From Sphaeroforma arctica JP610 (taxonomy: Eukaryota), in contig NW_014040271.1 of the NCBI RefSeq assembly GCF_001186125.1, positions 55,710-87,980 on the forward strand: 32,271 bases of DNA. The letters run 5' to 3'. Each line of letters opens with the position of its first letter. Position 1 is the stretch's first letter. Shown here in pieces: positions 24,417 through 32,271 of this stretch. Made by a program: the position numbers and the translations under genes. The notes under the pieces are model-generated. The model worked only from the letters and a program-made list of their open reading frames with translations. It ran no database searches and was not told where the DNA came from.

Positions 24417-25407
24417 NNNNNNNNNNNNNNNNNNNNNNNNNNNNNNNNNNNNNNNNNNNNNNNNNNNNNNNNNNNNNNNNNNNNNNNNNNNNNNNNNNNN
24501 NNNNNNNNNNNNNNNNNNNNNNNNNNNNNNNNNNNNNNNNNNNNNNNNNNNNNNNNNNNNNNNNNNNNNNNNNNNNNNNNNNNNNNNNNNNNNNNNNNNN
24601 NNNNNNNNNNNNNNNNNNNNNNNNNNNNNNNNNNNNNNNNNNNNNNNNNNNNNNNNNNNNNNNNNNNNNNNNNNNNNNNNNNNNNNNNNNNNNNNNNNNN
24701 NNNNNNNNNNNNNNNNNNNNNNNNNNNNNNNNNNNNNNNNNNNNNNNNNNNNNNNNNNNNNNNNNNNNNNNNNNNNNNNNNNNNNNNNNNNNNNNNNNNN
24801 NNNNNNNNNNNNNNNNNNNNNNNNNNNNNNNNNNNNNNNNNNNNNNNNNNNNNNNNNNNNNNNNNNNNNNNNNNNNNNNNNNNNNNNNNNNNNNNNNNNN
24901 NNNNNNNNNNNNNNNNNNNNNNNNNNNNNNNNNNNNNNNNNNNNNNNNNNNNNNNNNNNNNNNNNNNNNNNNNNNNNNNNNNNNNNNNNNNNNNNNNNNN
25001 NNNNNNNNNNNNNNNNNNNNNNNNNNNNNNNNNNNNNNNNNNNNNNNNNNNNNNNNNNNNNNNNNNNNNNNNNNNNNNNNNNNNNNNNNNNNNNNNNNNN
25101 NNNNNNNNNNNNNNNNNNNNNNNNNNNNNNNNNNNNNNNNNNNNNNNNNNNNNNNNNNNNNNNNNNNNNNNNNNNNNNNNNNNNNNNNNNNNNNNNNNNN
25201 NNNNNNNNNNNNNNNNNNNNNNNNNNNNNNNNNNNNNNNNNNNNNNNNNNNNNNNNNNNNNNNNNNNNNNNNNNNNNNNNNNNNNNNNNNNNNNNNNNNN
25301 NNNNNNNNNNNNNNNNNNNNNNNNNNNNNNNNNNNNNNNNNNNNNNNNNNNNNNNNNNNNNNNNNNNNNTAATGCATCTAATATATATGTATTGTACCTC
25401 ATATACC

Positions 25408-25443
<36 letters not shown>

Positions 25444-27519
25444 TTATACAATATAGTATGATATGTATTTTGGTATATGGTGTTTATACAATATAATATA
25501 TTATATTTATAGGTATATTTTAATGTTAATGCATGATAATATATATGTTTTGTAAAGTATACCTTTTTTCTCTTATATATATATATATATATATAATATA
25601 ATAATGATAATTGCGATTGTGGCTGTTTATTGGGATTCTTATCCCACACATATATATATATAGTAGTGATAATTATGATTGCTTATTTATTATGTAAATT
25701 TTATTTATCTCAAGAGTGTATTTGTCCACGAGTTCACTTTTGAATATCAATACATCATTTCTGGCAACCTTCATCATGCCCCAGTGCATACCATGCTCAA
25801 CATATTGATTTATATTTATTCACCATACAGCTCCCAAAGGTCGAACCTTTCTATGCGATGAAATGCAATCCTGATCCCGTTATCATGAAGATGTTGGCAT
25901 CTAGCTTGAACACTGGCTTTGACTGTGCCAGTCGCGAGGAAATGCAGCTGGCGATTGAGTTGGGAGTTTCCCCAGATCGCATTATTTATGCAAATCCATG
26001 CAAAGCTCCTAGGTGAGTATCGGATAATATTTGATTTGCGATTTTGCAACAGCGTAAATTTTCAACTTGTAGTATATAAGTTTTGGGTTTTGTACACGTT
26101 TTAACATTCTGCAATGTCAAGTACCCACCACCTCAACTTACCCGTCCTCACATATCCTCTTATAACATTGCAGCCACTTGCGCTACGCCAAATCCGTCGG
26201 TGTGGATCTCATGACCTTCGACAATGAAGATGAGCTTTGCAAGATTAAGCAAGTGTACCCCAATGCCCGCCTTGTGCTGCGTGTGCTCACGGACGACTCA
26301 TACTCAGTGTGCCGTCTGGGTGTCAAGTTCGGAGCGGATCCTCGACGTGTGTTCTGTCTACTGCAGACAGCAAAGGAGATGGACTTGGATGTTGTTGGCA
26401 TCTCGTTCCATGTGGGTAGTGGGTGCTACAACTCTGATGCCTTCTTGGACGCACTCCGTGTAGCCAGGGCCGGTTTTGACGCTGGTATGTGAACATTTGG
26501 AGCGTGTTGGCAAGCCTTTCAAGTATCCAAATGGGCAGTTAAAAGATGCGATACGCATATAATACGTCTAAGTCTCGGCGGGTTATAATGCCTTACTGAC
26601 CTCAATTATTCATACCTTGTGCAAGTAGCCACAACTCACATTTTCATTTGTTTCACTTTCTCTTGATGCAACAGGTGCGGAGATGGGGTTCAACTTCACA
26701 CTCCTGGACATCGGCGGTGGCTTCCCCGGAACGGACGATGCTGTCATCTCCTTCGCCGAGATCTGCAGCGTTTTGACTGACGGGTTTGCTCGCTATTTCC
26801 CCCAGGAGAAATTCGCGCACGTGCGCATCATCGCTGAGCCCGGACGCTACTATGTTGCTGCATCCCACTCGCTTGCCGTCAATGTCTTTGCCAGACGCCA
26901 GATTCAGGGCGATAGTGACAGTGACTTGCGATTGGAGCGTGAGGATTCTGGTGTGAGCGGTAGCTCAGATATCGAGAGCGGTCCCAATACCGCGAATGAT
27001 ACCTGGCATGCCGACCGGTCCGATGACGAGAACTTGACCCAGTCTCAGGCTGAGCTAGCAGTCAAGTTCATGTATTATGTCAATGACAGCACATACGCCT
27101 CCTTCAACAGCATCATCAACGATCACGCTATTGTGGTTCCACAGGTGCTCAAGAAGGCGGAAGAGCCCAAGTCCAAGCATCTCTCAGTTCTCGGATCAGC
27201 TGATGATGAGCAGCTGTACGCTTGTAGCGTATGGGGCCCTACTTGTGATGGTCTAGATTGCATCAACAAGGAGGCGACTCTACCGAGACTTGCGGTAGGG
27301 TCTTGGTTGCGCTTCGATGAGATGGGTGCGTACACGTGCGCGGCTTCCTCCCGCTTCAACGGGTTCCAGTTGGCTGGCAAGCGCTACATTAACACCGAGG
27401 TGAACACTGATGCTCTGGTAGATGAGGTGCTCACAGGGCTTGGCCTGACCCCAATGGAGTACGTTTGTGATATACTGACTGAGGGGAAAGTCCAGGCCGG
27501 AGCGGCTCTGTGCAATTGA
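24056..27519 (+). CDS. ODC1: Ornithine decarboxylase (PLP fold-type III), join(24056-24223, 25831-26012, 26174-26484, 26675-27519), 501 aa
   Basis: Donors GTATGT/GTGAGT/GTATGT and CAG acceptors give a continuous frame. Motifs present: PFYAMKCN (PLP Lys), [49 protein letters not shown] (catalytic Cys) and GAYT. Confidence 0.96.
24340..24416. repeat. (CA)n microsatellite in ODC intron 1, abutting an N-gap; (AT)n tracts follow at ~25408-25433 and ~25575-25595
   Basis: Directly visible. Confidence 0.95.
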
Positions 27520-27777
27520 GAGCTCTGGGGTAATGGTACGAAGCGCACGGTGAAAGCCCCGGGCAATGTGCCATACCCCTTAATGATCCCGCATGAGGCG
27601 ATGGGGACGATGGGACGTGATTGTTACCAAGATCCAGGAAACAACCACGTCATTCGCGATCCTGACGCTGAGATTTTTGATCATGACGTGGATATAGTGT
27701 GTTCTGCACGTCAAATACCCGACAGATTTCGCAAAGCTGAAGTAATAATCATTTCCAAGGACTGCTTCCCTTCATAA
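27520..27777 (+). CDS. Putative readthrough C-terminal extension of ODC (85 sense codons, ends ...KDCFPS*)
   Basis: Same frame as ODC with no stop from the TGA (27517-19) to the TAA (27775-77). Composition is similar to the CDS. Confidence 0.55.
   Translation, partial: ELWGNGTKRTVKAPGNVPYPLMIPHEAMGTMGRDCYQDPGNNHVIRDPDAEIFDHDVDIVCSARQIPDRFRKAEVIIISKDCFPS
27527..27579 (+). promoter_or_regulatory. RNA stem-loop 7 nt 3' of the ODC UGA (candidate readthrough stimulator)
   Basis: GGGGTAATGGTAC (27527-39) pairs with GTGCCATACCCC (27568-79): 12 bp including one G-U pair, with one bulged A. An apical GGT-GAAA-GCC GNRA hairpin is possible. Confidence 0.6.
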
Positions 27778-27872
27778 ATAAGCCGACATTGTATATTAGT
27801 GTGTCGTGCTGTATCGCGCGTGCAGGGTTTGCGCTGCGAATATAATTTCGTCAGGCAAACCAAATAGAACGT

Positions 27873-28055
27873 TGCAGGCCTGGAATAGCATTTCATAGCA
27901 AATACACGATATTAGACTTAGAGAGGTAGACACGTATTTTAATCAATAAATATATTTTTACCAAATATAATGGCTGCAGACCTGGAATAGCATCTGAATA
28001 GCAAATGCACGATACCGAACTTAAAGTGGTAGACACTTATTTTGATCATCAAATA
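27873..28055. repeat. ~102-bp tandem duplication at the ODC 3' end; the first copy has AATAAA (27945-50)
   Basis: TGCAG.CCTGGAATAGCAT...GGTAGACAC.TATTTT.ATCA occurs at 27873 and 27975. Confidence 0.75.
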
Positions 28056-28550
28056 GGGCTCTAGCTAACTTCTTCTCATGACAGTCACATTGAGTTCAAA
28101 TTTAAATCAGTTTGCATCGGATTCATTGAAATCAAATTCATATTGAAATAAGACAGATGAATTGAATTCATCGGAATCAATTCAATTTCAAATTTAATTG
28201 GAAAAAATTGTCTGTTGTCTTGATGATATCAAACACATGGTTGAAGGCGGCCTTGAACGTGACAGCTGATTTGCGAGCGATAATAACGTGAGATATAGAA
28301 GAAATTTGTAATGGAGAACAAAGTCAATACGACAGTTAAGAAGATTCAGAACCGCAAAGGACTTTCCGAACGGGGGTAATTTTGGCAAACGGCATGTGAG
28401 GATGGATATTGTAAACCTCCAACTCTATTGGCAATTTTTCCAATTTATTTTAGATGATATCGTATCTTGTCCTCAAAGCCAAATTAAATGATGAACAAAT
28501 GTGATATCCAACAACATGGGTCAATTATACGAGCATAAAGTAGGAATTAG

Positions 28551-28703
28551 GAGCCTATAGAGGGATTGGTTTCATATGAAGCCAAGTTGTCTGTTGTTTG
28601 TAGCAATGTAACCATTGCCGGCGACGAATCATGAGCCTATATGAAGATAAATATTATGAAACGCGTAGACGTTGTTGCTTGTAGCAATGTAGCTATTGTC
28701 GGC
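28551..28703. repeat. ~81-bp degenerate tandem duplication
   Basis: GAGCCTATA...TATGAA...TTGTAGCAATGTA.C.ATTG.CGGC occurs twice. Confidence 0.6.
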
Positions 28704-28853
28704 ATAGTTGGCCATCAGGCTTTTCCCACCAGGTTTGAACCTTTGACTGTATTAGGCGATTTTTATTCTATCCTGATGTAGCACCGGTGTCGTTCGTTAC
28801 CGAGGGCAATTAGAATTGGCATGTACATGTCTATTCCAACAAGGGAGAAGCGG

Positions 28854-28916
28854 ATATACATATATATATATATATAAACACACACATACACACACACACA
28901 CACACACACATACACA

Positions 28917-28949
<33 letters not shown>

Positions 28950-29436
28950 NNNNNNNNNNNNNNNNNNNNNNNNNNNNNNNNNNNNNNNNNNNNNNNNNNN
29001 NNNNNNNNNNNNNNNNNNNNNNNNNNNNNNNNNNNNNNNNNNNNNNNNNNNNNNNNNNNNNNNNNNNNNNNNNNNNNNNNNNNNNNNNNNNNNNNNNNNN
29101 NNNNNNNNNNNNNNNNNNNNNNNNNNNNNNNNNNNNNNNNNNNNNNNNNNNNNNNNNNNNNNNNNNNNNNNNNNNNNNNNNNNNNNNNNNNNNNNNNNNN
29201 NNNNNNNNNNNNNNNNNNNNNNNNNNNNNNNNNNNNNNNNNNNNNNNNNNNNNNNNNNNNNNNNNNNNNNNNNNNNNNNNNNNNNNNNNNNNNNNNNNNN
29301 NNNNNNNNNNNNNNNNNNNNNNNNNNNNNNNNNNNNNNNNNNNNNNNNNNNNNNNNNNNNNNNNNNNNNNNNNNNNNNNNNNNNNNNNNNNNNNNNNNNN
29401 NNNNNNNNNNNNNNNNNNNNNNNNNNNNNNNNNNNN

Positions 29437-29487
<51 letters not shown>
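28854..29487. repeat. (AT)n/(CA)n microsatellites flanking an N-gap
   Basis: Directly visible. Confidence 0.95.
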
Positions 29488-29489
<2 letters not shown>

Positions 29490-30599
29490 AGAAGCGATTA
29501 ATCCTCGAATGATCTTTTACTGGATACAGAACTTATCATATTTGTTTTTGCGACGAAGGCGAATACACAGGTGAGAAGTGTCTCGGGTTCTGGGTTCTAG
29601 ACAATGCTCACCTATTCCACGGTGGTATGGTGAATACAAGTATAGTACGATCTCATACCATACCTTTTTTGGAAACTCATTTCATTACGACATTATGGAA
29701 GCATAGGTAGTCGATGGAGATCGAGACAATGGTGGTGATCTCAAGGAAGTTGCAAAGTAAGCAAGGAGTAAGCAGAAAACTCATACCTTTCATTAAAGTA
29801 GTAAGATAAACTTGTGAGAGGCATGTCAACCTCTGTGCCTGTATACCTGATTGTATCTAGTTCCCTAGTTTTTTTTACTGGCGCACTATGACGCCTATGC
29901 TTAGCGTAGCTATAGGGTACCTAATTAAATAGTCTCGTAGCGTGAGCATATGTACGCGATTGTTATTATTTATGTATCTACCTATATATGCATATACATA
30001 CATTATGCAGATAGCGACAGATGCGGCGGTCGTTGTTAATTTTATTAAGCCATAGAGTAAATACTACCAGGATGTGCTGGTTTATTGTGGATGTTTCTAT
30101 CGGCGGTCGGTGCAACTGCGTACTCAAACGTGAACTATAGCTTTCGGCTGCCAGTGAACAATGGGAAACCGAAATTGATACAGTACACTTGAACGTCATC
30201 GAGAAGCGGAATTTGCCCAAAGGAGGCATAAAATTTAGTTTCTTGTTGTTTGACAGAGTTTAATAAGAATTTCCAGGCTATTCGGACTTGAGTAATATGT
30301 AAAGGACGTAAGCGCGAAAACGGTTTGAAAGAAAACGGCCATGTCGAAATATATCTCTCACGTTTTAAACTCAAACCCAATCCTTTGTAGTGGTTGGACA
30401 TGTGGTTGAGTCTGATCTGTTGGAGCGGGGTATGTTGAAGCGGGCAAGAAACGCGCATGTTTTCACGTGAAACTACAAGCACTGACCAGAGGGGTGCAGC
30501 ACCGTACAAAAAAAAGTGGAATACTTTTCATTTTCTGCCAAATAGTTGGAACAAATCGAGGCACGGAGTGCACTGAAAACGCACCAAATGCTTTATACA

Positions 30600-31060
30600 A
30601 ATTCAAATTTATTAAGGTCTTTACTTGTTGCCAAGCTACGGCGTAAGCACGCAGCCGAAAGTGCTCACATATATTGTATCGGTGAACACGGAAAGTAGAG
30701 AAACGCTTCAAAAAAATTTATGCCTGCAATTTTTGTTTTAAGGATTTCCTATTTACCTGACTATAGTGTACGCACGTTTATAATGGTAGTCAAAACTGCT
30801 CACAGATAATGTAACGGTGTACACGGAAGTAACAGAAACGCATCAAATATTCTCTACGCATTCAAATATATCAAGGTCTATAGTAATCGCATGACTAGGG
30901 CGTACGTACATTAATGGTAGTTAAAGCTGAGCACATAAATTGTAATGGTGTACATGGAAAGAGCAGAAACATATCAAACGCATTCAAATATACTAAGGTT
31001 TATAGTAAGTAACTACTTGACTACAGCGTACGCAGATTAAGATAGCCAAAACTACTCGCT
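30600..31060. repeat. ~125-130-bp degenerate tandem repeat, ~4 copies
   Basis: ATTCAAAT.TA..AAGGT.T.TA...CTA..GCGTACG...CACA.A.A.TGTAA.GGTGTACA.GGAA...CAGAAAC recurs near 30601, 30729, 30860 and 30982. Confidence 0.7.
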
Positions 31061-32097
31061 GATATTTCAGCATAGAAGGAACTATGCTAAAAAGAACATC
31101 ACATTGATTTCATACTTGATCAAATGACTACACACTCGGACTGTTAATTTGTTGTATACGCAACAACTTATTGTGCTATTATGATCCGTAATAACTCTTT
31201 GTATACCAAATCCGTAGACTGCTGAAAAGTCAAGTCTCTTAAAAAACGATTTTCATTGACGGACTATGCAAAATAAATACACATAAATACAACATAATAT
31301 GAAGTAAAAACATATGCAAGAAGTACATTCTCTAAAGAAAAGGCCTGGAGAAAAGTGTTGACTACAGTTTCTGACCAATTGGATAGGGCTACTGTGTTAT
31401 CTTTTGCGATCAGCCCGAACAGAGGTTTGACTGGTGGATATATGGGAATGCTAGAAACATTACTCGATTCTATTTTTGCTTTTAGTAAAACGTACTGAAG
31501 TTGCATGCAATTGTACATTTATTCATCAGAATTTTATAGCAGTGGTAAACTTCTGGATAAATTCTGGTATCAGATCGCAAAGTTTTAGTGTTTACCAGTT
31601 TACGTACTTATTTGAGGCCAGAAATACGTACTCCTTCGCAGCCCAAATCTTTTTTTTTTGACACTTCAAGTCTTCAACGCTTCCAAAGTTAATGCACCCC
31701 ACAGATGCACGTAGTCACGGACGAGCCATAGCAGCCATCCCGAGAGAGATCCACCATGCGAAGAATCCGATAATGCGTTATCCAAGACACGAAGAACATA
31801 TTTACACGTATATTTCCGCCTGAGACCAACTTGGGCTTGTTCAATTGATTATTTGATATTGTATACAATACGAGTACACATACTGACAAAGGGGCACGCG
31901 TACCACACACACTAGCGAGTTGCTGCATCGCATCTTCGTTAGTCACACACCTGTAGAAAATCAAGTAAAACTTATGCGTGTCTACTTGATTTAACTGAAT
32001 CAATTAAGGCACACCGCGCACATACATACATGCAGCTACGCGATCTTGTAATAAACTTTGAATGGGGCACCGTCACATTGACTAGTTGATTGTATAG

Positions 32098-32187
32098 AGC
32101 ATGCCACCGGTAACTGAACTATCACGACAAAGTATGAAGCGAGCAGATGATGGGCTGGACGCGGACGATGAGCAACGCATCGAATCG
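32098..32187 (+). CDS. Possible 90-nt coding exon of an unidentified gene (SMPPVTELSRQSMKRADDGLDADDEQRIES)
   Basis: TAG acceptor, open frame and GTAAGC donor followed by microsatellite-like intron sequence. No recognisable homology. Confidence 0.3.
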
Positions 32188-32271
32188 GTAAGCGCTATAG
32201 TTTTACATATGGGTGTATTCAAACAGCAACATCATGTATACATACATATATACATACGCACACACAAAGAC

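Noticed and set aside
23992..25649. Long ORFs containing X runs (also 17501-17815 and 28816-29574)
   Set aside because: They span N-gaps and microsatellites.
24056..27519. Antizyme inhibitor (catalytically dead ODC paralogue)
   Set aside because: The PLP-binding Lys, HVGSG, GGGF, EPGR and GPTCD Cys are all retained.
26183..27566. Antisense and alternative-frame ORFs over ODC
   Set aside because: Shadow ORFs of a GC-rich coding sequence.
27697..27717. VCSARQI in the ODC tail resembling the mammalian ODC C-terminus (CASARINV)
   Set aside because: Too short to distinguish from chance.

Overview
Eukaryotic draft-genome scaffold with spliceosomal GT-AG introns, (CA)n/(AT)n microsatellites and three N-gaps. 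The organism cannot be identified from the sequence. There are two clear major features. (1) A decayed ~7.9-kb Ty3/gypsy-type LTR retrotransposon on the minus strand (10537-18444). Its pol reads PR-RT-RNaseH-[DIRS/Dam-like N6-adenine DNA methyltransferase: DMFA...NPPW]-integrase. (2) A four-exon ornithine decarboxylase gene (+, 24056-27519, 501 aa). Its TGA stop is followed by a 7-nt spacer, a strong stem-loop and 85 more in-frame sense codons that end in Pro-Ser-stop, a known polyamine/eIF5A-sensitive termination motif. This suggests programmed stop-codon readthrough as an ODC regulatory device. A candidate spliced PS-stop uORF lies in the putative 5' leader. The upstream region has striking ApT-free blocks. 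The rest is minisatellites, foldback/MITE-like repeats and degraded TE fragments.
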